From Lama glama (taxonomy: Eukaryota): a DNA stretch of 64,000 nucleotides. The stretch's first letter is position 1; each line of letters starts with the position of its first letter. A program made the position numbers and the translations under genes. Below the pieces are notes generated by a model that ran no database searches, had not been told where the DNA came from, and was given only the letters and a program-made list of their open reading frames with translations. Where the stretch lies: positions 7,504,001-7,568,000 of the forward strand of contig CM052832.1 of NCBI GenBank assembly GCA_028534125.1. Reading direction: 5' to 3'. Below are positions 1 to 13,510 of this stretch, one piece after another.

Positions 1-206
1 TGAGGGAAAAGCAAATGTAAAAGCCTTGAGGTGGGGACATATTTTGACTGTTAAAGAAACAGTGAGACGGCTGTTTGGTGAGGGAAGAAGGAACACGGTA
101 GGTAGATAAGGGCAAAGAAACCAGGCCTTGCAGGCCATGGCCAGGGGTTGTGATTTTACTTAAAAAAAAAAAAAAATATATATATATATACACACACAAA
201 CACACG

Positions 207-262
<56 letters not shown>

Positions 263-590
263 AAATTGGAGGACTTTGATGAAGGAGGGATGTGTTTGGT
301 TTTAGAAGGCTCACTCTAGCTGCTGTGTGGAGGAAAGACATGAGGTGGGACAAAGGTGTAAGCAGAAAAATCAGATAGAAGGCTATCATAGTAGACTAGG
401 CTAGAGATGATGGTGGCTTGGATTAGGGCAGCAGTATTTGGCGATGTGAAAAGTGATGAGTTTCTAGAAATATTTTGAAGTTAGTTGGCAAGATTTACTA
501 ATAGATCAGATGTGGAGCATAAGAAAAAGAGGAGTTGATTCTAAGGCCTTTGGGCTGAAGAATTGGGTGAATGAGTGTATATATATATAG
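1..590 (-). mobile_element. L2 LINE fragment
   Basis: L2-typical purine-rich motifs (ggctcactctagctgctgtgtggag, gagatgatggtggcttggattagggcagcagt); interrupted by a microsatellite. Confidence 0.75.
162..254. repeat. Compound microsatellite A-run/(TA)n/(CA)n/(TA)n
   Basis: Directly visible. Confidence 0.98.
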
Positions 591-1319
591 TCACAATAGT
601 TTATGTAAGAGAACCAGAAGTTAAAATGTTTAAGAGCACATTGTGTGCTAACAGTTTGGAATGAGTATGTAAATAAAGGTGGGAGACCCCCCTGTAACTT
701 GAGAGCATTGGCTCTGATATGAGCAAACTCGGATGTCACTTCATGACTGAAAGTTAGTTCTACTCTAATGCAGCATAACTTGTTGCTAAAAAATCATCAT
801 GGCATGCAGAATCAGACAGGAGAAGCCACAAGACTCAGGGAAAATGAGATTGTGGCACGATAAAAAACTTGTCATTAATGTATTAGAAAATCAGCAATGT
901 TAAATGGCCAACAAATGAATACTGCACTACATTTGACACTTCATATTGCAAAATATGTTTATTCCCTTGTAGAGGGAGTTGTGAAAAGGGCTGCAAGATG
1001 GTGAGTTTTTGCGGAGTGATGGGAGGAAGCTTACTGATACCTAAAGGAAAGCTGTTAACACTGGATGTGAGTGGGTGTGCTTTCCAGGCCACATGGTGGA
1101 CCGAGGCCGCCAGTAGCTGCGTGCAGCGGGCGCTCCCTGCATCCCTGCGTGGCTTAGTGCAGCGGGCCGGGGTTCTCTACGTTCACCTTGTTTCTTGTGG
1201 ATAAACTTGCTCACAGCAAGCATGAAATTTGAGTTATACTCACACTGTTCCCTCATATATCCATTGTACTGGAATAAATTTACGTTTTCAAACTGTTACT
1301 GCAGAACTAACAGTACCAT

Positions 1320-1460
1320 CTAGTGACCTTTGTCACATTTCATAACCTTCCAGAGCCTTGCTTTTTGCATATGTGAAATAGGGATAATAACCTTATAGGG
1401 TTTGGGGGAGGGTTAAGTGAATGTATACATTGAAATTTAGAATAGAATATGCTACGTGTT
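1320..1460 (+). mobile_element. MIR SINE fragment
   Basis: Degenerate MIR core gtgacctt...tgtgaaatagggataataacctt. Confidence 0.6.
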
Positions 1461-2434
1461 TGTTAAAAACGAACCACTTTCCCTCAACCTCTATTTAGAA
1501 ATTGCCCTATCTGGAGAAATTGAAAATGTAAAATACATGTTTTGTGATTTTTATTTCTCTAGTTAGGCATAGATGGAGGAGCATAGATTTAGCTTTTTAC
1601 AGGTGGTATCAGCCTATAGCCTGTCATCCAGTTCCTGTCAGCAGTAATGCCTTGCTTTACCGTGGGACTACATACATGGTACAAAGTTAGCATGTGATCA
1701 TTGCTTAATTTTCTCTACAGTGATATCTTTATTAAAATAACATATTTATTTAACTGCTAGCTAACTGACACTTTTTCTTTTACCTTCTTTTCTTCTTCCC
1801 TCACTTCTAGTGTCTCATCTGAGGCCTTAATCTTTCACCTTCAGTGTTACCAGAACGGAACTGAATTCTTGGCTTTCACCCCTTTCCCTGTCCCTGGTGC
1901 TGAGATGCGCCTCCTTCTCCCATTGCCCCGACGCGTCCATGCTCCATACTGCCGACAGTGACAGGGCGCTCAGAATTCTCTCTTCCTCTTCAAGCCGTCT
2001 CCTCCTATGACACCGTATACTGCAGCCATCCTGAATGAGCTAGTTCTTGCCCGTGTTGCTGGAGGTGTCTGGAGTGTATCTATTTGTTTAGGCCACATCC
2101 ACTCTGAGCATCCGTCATACAGCAGTTGCACTGTACAGTAATTCTTTCCCAGTTTATGGCCTCATTGGAATCTAAGGCTTTTGTGTTCAGAGTCTTTTGT
2201 ATTTCTTGTTTTCTCTTGGGTCTGGCACACACTTGGTGTTTAATTAGTATTAGGGAATTAAATAAAGGAAAGAAGGAACAAACATTGAGCCAAATGTCAA
2301 TCAAGATTTTAAAACTTGAACACCTGGTACAGTGTTAGTAAGATATTCACTTCAGCTTTTATCATTTATTGTTTAACTTAACGTCAGATTCTTTTATTTT
2401 CTACGCTCAGGACGAAGTGTTTTACACATCTCAG

Positions 2435-2700
2435 AGCATAGTGTAGGGGTTAAGAACACAATCTCCAGCTCCAGACGGCCTTGGTTAGATTCCTGGCTCA
2501 GCCACTTACTAATTAGCTTGGGGACCTTAGGCAATTTACCAAACTTCCCAGTGCCATAGTTTCTTGATCTGTAAAGTGAGGACAATAATAACATTTATCT
2601 CACGGGCTTATTGTGATGATTAGTGATTAATGCTAATTGTGAAGTGTTTAGAGTTGTAGCTGGCACATGGTAGATGCTCAGTACATGCTAACCGTCTTAC
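2435..2700 (+). mobile_element. MIR SINE, near full length
   Basis: ggttaagaacac...cctggctcagccacttact...gaccttaggcaattta...ctgtaaagtgagga...tggcacatggtagatgctcagta. Confidence 0.9.
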
Positions 2701-3528
2701 TGTCCTCAGTTATTATGAACTATCTCAACAACAGATGCTCCTTCCCCTTCCCTCCTTAGGTATTAGGTTCCTCAGGACATGGGCCTTTCTGGCCTTTCCA
2801 AGGCTTCAAGGCAAGCCCTGGCAGGTTTTTCACCAGCTCTTGTCTCAGCCAGTGGTATATTTCCTGATGGTATAACTTGCTGTTAAGATCCAAGGAGTTT
2901 TTCCTCTTTTTTTACTCGAGAGCGTCTTTCCTCCTGCCCTTCAAAAGTAGGAACAAAGGCACTGCAGGTCTTGTTTCACAGGCTCTATCAAGTCCTTTCC
3001 TGACTTCTTCCCCTTCTGTAGCAGAACACAGTTGATTTACAGCCAAGCTCCCCTCTCTGATGACTTCCCTCACTGCTAGGCACATTCACTTCCCTGGAGG
3101 AGATCCTTCCTGAATGGAACACGTGAAATCATAGCGGCTGACTTACCTGTGTTCTTTCGCTCCGCTTTTACAGTGGTTCAAACTTCTCGAGTAGCCACCA
3201 CACCTTTTTTCTCCTGAACATTTTTAAAAGCAGAAAAAGATGTAGAGAGTTATAAACAGTCAGAAGAACCTTCTCAAACCATTCTCTGCTACTTATTTAT
3301 AATGTGATGCTTCTTTTAAATGGAGTAAAGAAAATCTGGCCAGGTTAAGGTGTCAGTGATGCAAGTTAATCTCAGCCAAGTTTAGTTCATCCAGTCTTGA
3401 AGCTCTAAAGACAAATCACCTTTTGTATTGACTGTTAGGGATTTACTGTCTTTGTGTTACTGCTATGTATATTGTACATGTAAGTTGTTTAGCTATTAAA
3501 GATGAGTACAAAATAAGAAAAATATTTT

Positions 3529-3549
3529 TAACCACTATACGATCACAGC
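3529..3549 (-). pseudogene. tRNA-His(GUG) 5' fragment (21 nt), tailless retropseudogene
   Basis: Minus strand reads GCTGTGATCGTATAGTGGTTA versus tRNA-His 5' end GCCGTGATCGTATAGTGGTTA (one CpG-type mismatch). Lies within ~16-bp direct repeats at 3514-3530 and 3569-3584. Confidence 0.8.
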
Positions 3550-4054
3550 GTGCCACCATCCCAGCAACAAGAAAAATATTTTTAAAACAAAATGCGACTT
3601 GATATTGTTTCACCCAAATTCCTGCCACATAATAATAATTGTTAACTGTAAAAGAAGTTGCTTTATAAAGTTGGAAAACTTGTAATTTGTGTTTTTATTG
3701 CTGATTACATGTATTTTTGTGTTAATTTCCTGGATAATTATATGTTTTTAAATAATTAAATTTTACCTTTCATCTTTAATTTATAATAACAACATAATAA
3801 AAATAGAGGCCCTCATGTGAAGAATCGGATGTGGATTTAAAAACAGTAAGGTTGGAAAAAGGAAGACATTTAACAGACACTGTGTTTAAATGCTATAGGT
3901 AGTGAGGAATTTTTTTCTTCTAAAATTTCAGAAGATGGCAGCAATGCCACCAAATATGTCCTTCACTAGTAGGTTGGGTGATACTGTCTGACACTAGAGT
4001 TGAACTTAATGTTGCAGTATAAATACTATTGACAGTTCGGGGTTTTTTTACTTA

Positions 4055-4745
4055 GCTTTTTAGGTTTTATTGAGGTAAACTTTATATAGTGTAAAAGTCA
4101 CCATTTTAAGTGTTCAATTAAATGATTTTTTTATAAAGTTGTATAGCCATCACTACAATCCAGTTTTAAATATTTCCCATCTCCCTTAAAGTTATTTTGA
4201 TATTGTTTGTACACTTAGTCTTGATGCTTAGTTTGTTTCATTATCTTGGCTGTTGTGAATAATGCTCCAGGAAACGTGAGACTGCAGATATCTCTTCAAG
4301 ACCCTGTTTTCATTCCTTTGGATATACATCCAAAAGTGGGATTACTGGTTCATATGATGGTTCTATTTTTAATTTTTGGAGGAACCTCTGTTACTGTTTT
4401 CCAGAATGACTACAACAATTTACATTCTCACCAGCAGTGTACTAGTATTTCCTTGTCTTCATTCCCCTGCCAACACTTGTTGATAGCCATTCTAACAGGT
4501 GTGAGGTGTTACCTCATTGTAGTTTTGATTTGCATTTCCATGATGATTACTAATGTTGAGCATCTCTTCATCTACCTGTCGGCCATTTGCATGTCTTCCT
4601 TGGGAAAATATTTATTCAATTCCTTTGTCCTTTTTAAAAGTCAGATTGGTTTTATTTGTTGTTGAATTGTATGTGTTCTTATATATTTTGATATTATTAA
4701 CCCCTTATTCAGTATATGATTTGCAAGTATTTTCTCCCATTCTTT
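4055..4745 (-). mobile_element. L1 3' end / ORF2 C-terminal fragment
   Basis: tttattgaggt...; cattctcaccagcagtgtac; tttgatttgcatttccatgatgattactaatgttgagcatc. Confidence 0.88.
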
Positions 4746-4769
4746 TATTTTCTCGCATTCTTTTAAGTT

Positions 4770-6500
4770 GTTTTAGTATTTCTTACAAGGCAGGCCTGCT
4801 AGCAATGCATACTCTGAGTCTTTATTTGGATAAGTCTTTATGAAAAATGATTTTACTAAATTCTTGGTTGATGATTTTTTTCCTTTTAACATTTTGAACA
4901 TTGCATTCCATTGCTTCTTACTGTCATCGTTTTTTATGAGAAATCAGCTGTTAATATTGCATGGAACTAGTCATTCTTTTCTGGTACTTTTAAGATTATC
5001 TCTGTAAATCTCTTTGAATTTATTCTGTGTGGGGTTTGTTGAGATTGGATGCATTGATTAATTTTTAATCAAATTTGATTTTCAGCCATTATTTCTTTAA
5101 ATATTTTTGTCTTCTTTTTCTCTAACTTCTTCTGGTACTTTGTTTACACTTATACTGGCATATTTGATTTTCTCTGAGGTTCTGTTAATTTTTTTAAATC
5201 ATTTTTTTCCTTGTTTTTCAGAATGGATAGTTTCTATGGATCTAAGTTCAAATACACTGATTCTTTTGATAGCTAAAATCTGCCACTGAACCCCTCTAGT
5301 GAATTATTCATTTCAATTATTGAACTTTTAAATACCAGAATTTCCATTGTTTTTAAATAATATATCCTTATATCATTCTATTTAGTAGATCATTGTGATA
5401 CTTTTAGTTCTTTAAACATGGTGAAATGAAGTGTGGTTCTTTCAATGTATTTATGCTTTGACGTCTTTATCTGTTAAGCTCAACATTTAGAGCTAGCTTT
5501 AGTTGAGTACCTTTTCCTTACATCAGTAGGTTACACCTTTTTTGTTTCTTTGTATGTCTCCTAATTTCTTTTTGTTGAATACTGAACATTTTAGATAATA
5601 TTTCATAGCAATTCTGGTTTCTGATTTTTCCCCCCTGAGGGTTGTTGTTAATGTTGTTCTGTTTGTTTGTGTGTTTGGTAATTACCTAGACTAAATCTTC
5701 ATGCAAACTGTGTGGCCACTGATATCTTTAACTTTTTTTTTAAACTGTCTTGATTTTGAAGCCTAGCTTCCTAGATGTTTTCCCTTGTTTCTGTTTCGCT
5801 TCATCTTCAGTCAGCTGCTTGTCAGATTGTGCTCAAATAATTTCAGCCAGTAAGGCTTCCGGTGTCTAGTTATGGATCTGAGTGTGGTTTGGGGTGCTTT
5901 CAGTGTTCAGGCTGTTTTTAAGGTTTCCTGGCTCCTGCTCTCCGTTGGGCTCCCTTGCATCTCCTCTGTGTTAGTGCAGGTTCTGTCTCCCGTCTCTGCG
6001 TGCATCAGCCTCAGTCAGTAAAGGTACATGGCAGTCTCTTCTAGCCCCATGTGGCTGTCTCACCTCCCAGAATTACCTCATAAATTCCTCACTTGCCTGC
6101 CAGTCGGTTGCTTGCCTGAAAAAGAACAGTACAAACTAGTTGAGGTAGCAGCCCTCCCTCTTCATGTGTGACTAAGATCACCATTTTATATGATGACACT
6201 TTAAATAAAGCGAGCTCCCCTTCCATAGCAGCAGCAGAACTCCCAGTTATCTATCTTGTCTTGTCTTGTCCTAACTGAACTACTGCATATACAGAGCTGA
6301 GAACTTGTCAGAAGTCTCAGGAGAATCACCACAGGCTTATGCTTTTCTTACTCAGAGTTCAGTGATTTTTATGAACAACCACTTCTCAGTTTGTTGTCAG
6401 CCTGTGGTCAGTTTTTCTGAGTGAGAAAATGGTTGTTTTTTTGACACTTCTGTTAAGCTTTATAGTTTGGGGGGAATGGCAGAAGACCCTCCCATCCTGC
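4770..6500 (-). mobile_element. Old L1 ORF1 / 5' region remnant
   Basis: Antisense ORF1-like motifs (gagaaatcagctgttaat, ttttcagccattatttctttaaatattttt); highly diverged. Confidence 0.6.
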
Positions 6501-8719
6501 AGGAGTGAATCCACATTAGGATTATTACTACGTATGTGGTACAGTTTATGTTCAGACCTAAAATGATTCAAATATGATAGATAATCAGAAATTCAGGTTT
6601 GTGTGGCTGTCGTCTCCTGCCATGAATATTGTATATCGGAAAGAAAAATTCCACTAGGGAAGAAAAGGACTATTCACATTTCAAAGCACTTTCTGAAGTT
6701 AGGACTACAGGAGTCTAAATATCTCCTGTTAGCAATTAGCAATTAACATTAGTATTAGCAAGAAGAAAAGAACTTTGTGTCACATCATTCACTCTTCAAG
6801 TTTAGAACTTGTATACTGCTTCCTCAATCTAAGCGTGTCCTGCGGGCTGAACAGTTCAGTAGAATTGAGCTGAAACTAAGCGGATGAAGATTACAACTAT
6901 TAATTGTGTGTGTATGTTTACTTTTAGGAGATTGCTCTCCCTCAGTCCTTTATTATCCATCAGACTAATTTTATTTCTAAGTCTCAGTTTTCTTTTTTGT
7001 AAAGGCATGATAATATTAACCATCTTCGTATTCTCTGAGGATTCAACTACATCGCATCTATTATTATAGTTTTATTGCTAGAGAACACTTCTCTAAGCAA
7101 ACAGTGTTGAATTAATTTTGAAAAGTAAAGAAAATTTCTGTAAGGAAAGAATTACTTCCTAAATTTACTGTTATGAATTCAGGGCACTGTTCTACATTCC
7201 ATCTGAAAATTTATTTTTGTGAGTTCAGGTGGGTCATTCTCCATTAGGTTGTTCCAAAGTGTAAGGTGCTGGTATACTTAGATTTTTTTTTTCCTCTTGA
7301 ACAATCATCAATTAAAAAGTGAAATGCTAATCTGCTAAGTCTTTTGTAGAATTACAACTATAGGTCTCAATCAATGTTTAACACACTGTTTCAGATAATT
7401 TAATATATAAAATGCATTGGTCTCAGGAAACGTCCAGTGGTCAAAGAGAAATGTAAGAAAGCAAAAAATAAACAAAAGAGGGTATTTTTTCTATTCTGTT
7501 TTGTCATTTATTTCCTCGGCTGGACTTTGGAGTAGGCTATCAGGTGTTGGGGAAAACATTTAAAGTAGGTGAGAGCCATAACTTTTTTCTGCTTTTGTTA
7601 CTGGTTTAATAAATTCAGACATGGAGCCACTTGAAGTCATCTTTTGCAGCAATTTTGGATGAGAAAATAGAATTGAAAAAGGCCTGACTATTATCTGACA
7701 GCCTGTTTGTGTATCAAAGTTAATGAGAGGTTTGCAAACAGTCTGAAGAGGCAAAACTTCCTACCTCTCAGTTTGGACTGCTTCCATAGAATACAGAGAT
7801 CCAATTTTAGAGGAGATTTGGAATTGCCAGTACCTAGGGCTGGAAAATAAATCCAACATTGTTCCAACCAGCCTGAAATGTCTAGTCACTATAATTACGA
7901 TGATATAATACTTAAGTAAAGCTGTAATTTACTTGTTCTTCTCTATTTCACATTGCTTCTTGGGAATACTATTTATTCTGTAAGCTTAGCTAGATTACAA
8001 TAGTTAAAAAGTAATGAGTTAAGAATGGTATTTGATTTTGTTCTTAGCCCTGTTTTTACATTGACATTTAGATCTTCCAGCAATCCTAAAATATTTGTAT
8101 AAATGATGTGAGGTTAAGGGCTAACTTTTTTCCCTCCAAATTTGCTAGTCAGTTTATTAGTACCACTAATTGAATAATCCATTCTTTTCTCTTTGACTTG
8201 AGAATACATGTATTATTCTTATTTTATAAATGATGATGTCACTACATTCTGTTTTGTTTCATTTATTTATTCATTCATTTGGCAGATAGGTATTGAGTAC
8301 CTAGTGTGTAGCAGGAGATATGTTACAAAGTGGGAATACCTTAGTAGTTGAGACAGCCATTAAATAAATACTTTAGATATCATATAAAATCACTAATGTT
8401 ATAAGTGCGGCAAAGGAGAGAGGTGTTCAGTGCTGTGAGAACTTCCTACAAAACATTTATCCATTTCTGAATGTTACATTGTTTTAAGTATACTTTTAAA
8501 TATATATTTTTAAAGAGTATCCTCCTCATTAATTTATTTCATAAGTTTTTCATAGTTTTATGCATAATACAGATTAGTTTTAAAATTTACATTAATTCCT
8601 ATTGAAATTGTATTGAATTTATGGATTAACTTTGTGAAAATCAACATCTTTATAATCATGAGCCTTTATATCCAAACATTTTCCATTTCTTATGTTTTCC
8701 TGTATATATGTCTTTAATT

Positions 8720-11700
8720 TTTTTTCACTGTGGTAACATACATATAAGATTTGCCATCTTAACCATTTTAAAGTGTACAGCTCAGTGGTATTGAGCACAT
8801 TCACATTTTTGTGCAATCATCACCATCATCTACCCGCCTAATAACTCTTCTCATCTTATAAAGCTGAAACTCTGTATCCACTAAATGATGTCTCCATTCT
8901 CCTCTCCCCTAGCCCTACCATCTGCCATTATACTTTCTGTCTTCATGATGATTTTGACTACCCTAAATTCTTCATATAAGTGGAATCATACAGTATTTGT
9001 CTTTTTATGACTGGTTTATTCCATTAGCATAATGTCCTCAAGGTTCATTCATGTTAGCATATTGTAGATTTTCCTGTCTTTTTAAAGCTGAATAACATCC
9101 CATTGTATGTATATACCATGTTTTGTTTATCCATTCCTTTGTAAATGGATACTTGGTTTATTTTTATGTTTTTGCTATTGTAAATAATTCTTCTATGTAC
9201 ATGGATGTACAAATCTCTTTGAGACCTTGCTTTCAGTTCCTTTGGGATTATACACAGAACTGGAAATGCTAGATCATAGTAATTCTATTTATAATTTTTT
9301 GAGAAACACAATACTGTTTTCCATAGCAGCCATACCGTTTTACATTTCCACCAGTGGTGCACAACGGTTCATTTTTTCCTACATCTTCACCAACCCTTTG
9401 TGTGTTTGTGTTTGATTTTCAATAGTAGACCACCTAATTGGTATGAAGTGGCATCTTGTCATACTTTTGATTTGCATTTCCCTAATAATTAGTGATGTTG
9501 AGCATCGTTTCATAAGCTTACTGGTCATTTGTACCTCTTCTTTGGAGAAATGTCTATTTAAGTCTTTTGCCTATTTCTGAATTGGGTTGTTTTTTGTTGA
9601 GTGTTAGAAGTTCTCTGTATATTCTGGATATTAATCTTTTATCAGATACATGATTTGCAAAAATATGGTCCCATTCTGTTGGTTGCCTTTATACTCTGTT
9701 GATGGTATCCTTTGATGCGCAGTATTTTTAAAATTTTATGAAATCCAGTTTTTCTGTTTTCTTTTGCTGTTTGCATCTTTGTTGTGTCCAAGAAATCATT
9801 GCCAAAACGAATTTTGTGACTCTTATGGCCTGTGTCATCTTGTAAGTATATACTTGTGTTATATCTTATATTTAAGTTCTTGATCAGTTTTTGAGTTAAT
9901 TTTGTATATGGTTTAAGGTGATGGCCCATCCTTATGCTTTTGCGTGTAAATATCCACCTTTTCCAGTATCATTTGTTGAACAGGCTGTTCTTTCCCCATA
10001 GAATGGTCTTGGTAGTCTTGTTGAATTGACTGTATGTGTGAGGGTTTATTTCTGGGCTCTCTATTCTATTTCATCGGTCTAATGTGTTTTCCTCTATGCC
10101 AATACCACAGTGTTTTGATTACTGGAGCTTTGTAATAAGTTTTGAAATCAGGAATTGTGAGTCTTCCACTTCTATTCTTTCTTGAAATTGTTTCAGCTCT
10201 TCAGGGTCCCTTGAGATGCCACATAAATTTTAGAATGGATTTTTCTATTTCTACATAAAATAATATTAGGATTTTGATAGGGATTGCATTTAATGTAGAA
10301 CATTTTAGATAGTATTGACATTTTAATAATAAGTTTTCCTATCCATGAACATAGGATATGGGTCCATTTATTTGTATCTTTTAAAATTTTAAATTTCTTT
10401 TAGCAATGTTTTGTAGTCTTCATTATACAGGTCTTAAAACTCGCTTAGTTAAGATAATTTCTAAGTATCTTATTCTTTTTGATGCTGTTGTAAATGGAAT
10501 TGGTTTTATAATTTCCTTTTCAGATTTTTTTGTGTGTATATAGAAATGTAACTGATTTTTGTGCATTGATTCATGTCTTGCTACTTCACTGAAATCATTT
10601 TATTAGTTCCAACAGGTCATTTATGGAATCTTTAGGGTTTTCTACACATAGGATCATATCCTTTGCAAAAAGAGATGATTTTACTTCTCTCTTTCCAGTT
10701 TGGATGCCTTTTATGTCTTTCTCTTGCATTAGCTCGGGCTAGAGCTTCTAGTGCCATGTTAAATAGAAATGGTGAAAGTGGCCATCCTTGCCTTGTTCTT
10801 CTTGATCTTTGATGAAAAGCTTTTATTTTAACCTTTCACCATCAAGGTTGATGCTTGCTGTGTGTTTTTTTATCTTGGATTTTATTACATTGAAGTAGTT
10901 TACTCCTATTTGTTGAATGTTTTTATCATATAAGTGTGTTGAGTTTTGTCAATTTTTTTATTTTTTTGCATCATTTGAGGTGGTCCTTTGTTTCTCTTTC
11001 ATGCTGTTGTTGTGGCATATTACATTGATTGATTTTTTGTTTGTTAAACCAGTCTTGCATTCCAGGAATAAATCCCACTTGGTCATGATGTCTAAATCTG
11101 TAATATTCTGTTGAAATCTGTTTGCCACCTTTTTTGAGGATTTTTTGCAACAGTGTTCATAAGGATATTGGTCCTTAGTTTTGTTTTTTTGTAGTGTCTT
11201 TGTATCAGGGTAGGTTTTGGCATCAGGGTAGTGTTGGTCTAATACAACAATTTAGGAAGTATTTCTTGCTCTTCAAAGTTTTGGAAAAGTTTGGATTGGT
11301 ATTAGTTCTTCTTGATGTATTCAGTAGAATTCAGCAGGGCTCTTCTGTGTAAGGAGATTTTTGGTTACTTACTCAATGTCTTTCCTAGTTATAGATCTAA
11401 TTATATTTTCTTTTTCATTGTGATTCACTCTTAATAGATTTTATGTTTTTAACAATTTTTCATTTCATTTAGGTTATCCAGTTTATTGGCATACTATCAT
11501 GGTACTTTTTTATATTCCTTTTTATTTCTTTGGAATTTGCTACAGTGTCCCCACTTTCCTTTCTGGTTTTACTAATTTCAGCCTTCTTTTTCTGAGTCTG
11601 TCTAGATACAGGGCTTTCAACTTTCTTGATTTCTTTTAAGAACCAACTTTTGGTTTCATTGAATTTTTTACTGCTTCTATATTCTCTATTTTGTTTATCT

Positions 11701-12600
11701 CTGCTTTAATTTTTATTATTTCCCTCTTTCTGCTAGCTTTGGGTTTAGTTTGTTCTTTTGCTAATTAAGTTGTAAGGGGAAGTTGTTGATCTGAGATCTT
11801 TCTTGTTTTTAATGTAAGCATTTATAGCTATAAATTTCCCTTTTAGCATTGTTTTGGGGGCATACCTCAAGTTTTGGTATGCTGTGTTTTTGTTTAATTC
11901 TTCTTTAATTATTTTCTAATTTCCCTTCTGATTTCGTTTTTGATCCATTGGTTGTTTAAGATGGTGTTGTTTAAGTTGCACAATTTTGTGACTTTTCCAG
12001 CTTTCCTTCCTATTGTAGTTAGAGAATATACTTCATATGATACCTGTCTTTTTAAATTCATTGAAACTTATTTTGTTTCTTAACACATGGTCTGTCCTGG
12101 ATAACATCCTCTGTGCACTTGAAAGGAATGTGTATTTTGTAGTTGTTGGGCATAGTGTTCTGCAGATGTCTGTTCTGTTTCCTTTGTTATGTTTTTTAAT
12201 CCTCTGTCTACTTACTGATTGTTCCATCCATTATAGTGAGTGGGATATTGAAATCTCCATCTATTGTAGAACTATTTCTCCTTTTGCCTCTGTCAGTTTT
12301 TGCTTCATATGTTAGGTATATAGATGTCTGTACTTACTGTAGCCTTCTGCTGTATTGAACCTTATGTTAATATGTAATGTTCTTTTTAGTCTTTTGTAAC
12401 CTTTTTAAAATTTAAAATCTATCTTGTCTATTACTAGTATTGTCACTCTTGCTCTGTTTTGGTTACAATTTGCTTGGAGTATCTTTTCCATCCTTTCATT
12501 TTCGACCTGTTTGTCTCTCAATCATATGCAAGCCTCTTGTAGACAGCATGTGTTTTTATGTATGTTGCCAATCTCTGTCTTTTGATTGGAGGATTTAATT
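8720..12600 (-). mobile_element. L1 (L1MB-like), ORF2 through 3'UTR, decayed
   Basis: L1MB-type 3' end (ttaaccatttttaaagtgtacagctcagtggtattgagcacattcac). Minus-strand ORF2 peptides HHLKPYTKLTQKLIKNLNIR and RTDICRTLCPTTTKYTFLSSAQRMLSRTDHVL (endonuclease region). Confidence 0.95.
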
Positions 12601-13510
12601 TAGAGCCCACTGTCATTAAAAGGATAATAAATGAATGTTAATAACTGAGATGAAATGGACAAATTGCCTAAAAATACAAATTACTTAAATTGAAACAGGA
12701 AGAAATAGAAAAATTTAAGTAGTCCTATATCAGGTCAATACATTGAATTACTAATTGAAAAGTTTGCACCAAGTAAACTCTAGTGCAGATAGCTTTGTTT
12801 TCTGAAACTTTCATCCTGATACCTAGACTAAAATATTTTCAGTGAACTACAAATCACTCTCTCTCATGAACATAATAAGATGCAAAAGTTCTTAGGTAAA
12901 TGTTAGTAAATCTAATCTAGCAGTATATATAAAGGATAATCTGTAAAGCTATGAAGAATTTATCCCAACAATGTGTATTTGTTGCAACATTACAAAAAAT
13001 CCATCACTATTTCTCCACATTAACAGAATATAGGGTAAAAACCATAGTCATCTTAATAGATACAGAAAAAGTAGTTGATGAAATTCAGTATCTATTCTTA
13101 ATTCTAAAACCCTCAGGATACTATAAATGGAAGTATCCTTAAACTGATTAAGATCCTCTGTGAAGACCTGTGTATAATATCATAGTATATGATGAAACAT
13201 CTTCCCTATGAGATCAAGAACAAGGTATGATGTTTGCTTTTACCACTTCTATTTGATGTAATACTGAAAATTCTAGACAGTACAGGAATGCAACTGAAGA
13301 GAAAAGAAACATTCTAGTTGAGAAAGAAGTAAAATTATCATTATTCACAAATTGCATACTCATATATAGAAAGTGTAAAGAATGATTGTAACGATAATAG
13401 TTTAAAAACTACTGGACCTAAAAAAACAATGTATTAAGATTACAGGATACAAAGTTAGTAACTTAAGATGCATATTTCTATAACTAAGCAGTGAAGAATT
13501 AGTAAATAAG

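Noticed and set aside
4246..4843. Hydrophobic 139-aa and 96-aa ORFs
   Set aside because: Antisense translations of an L1 3' region.
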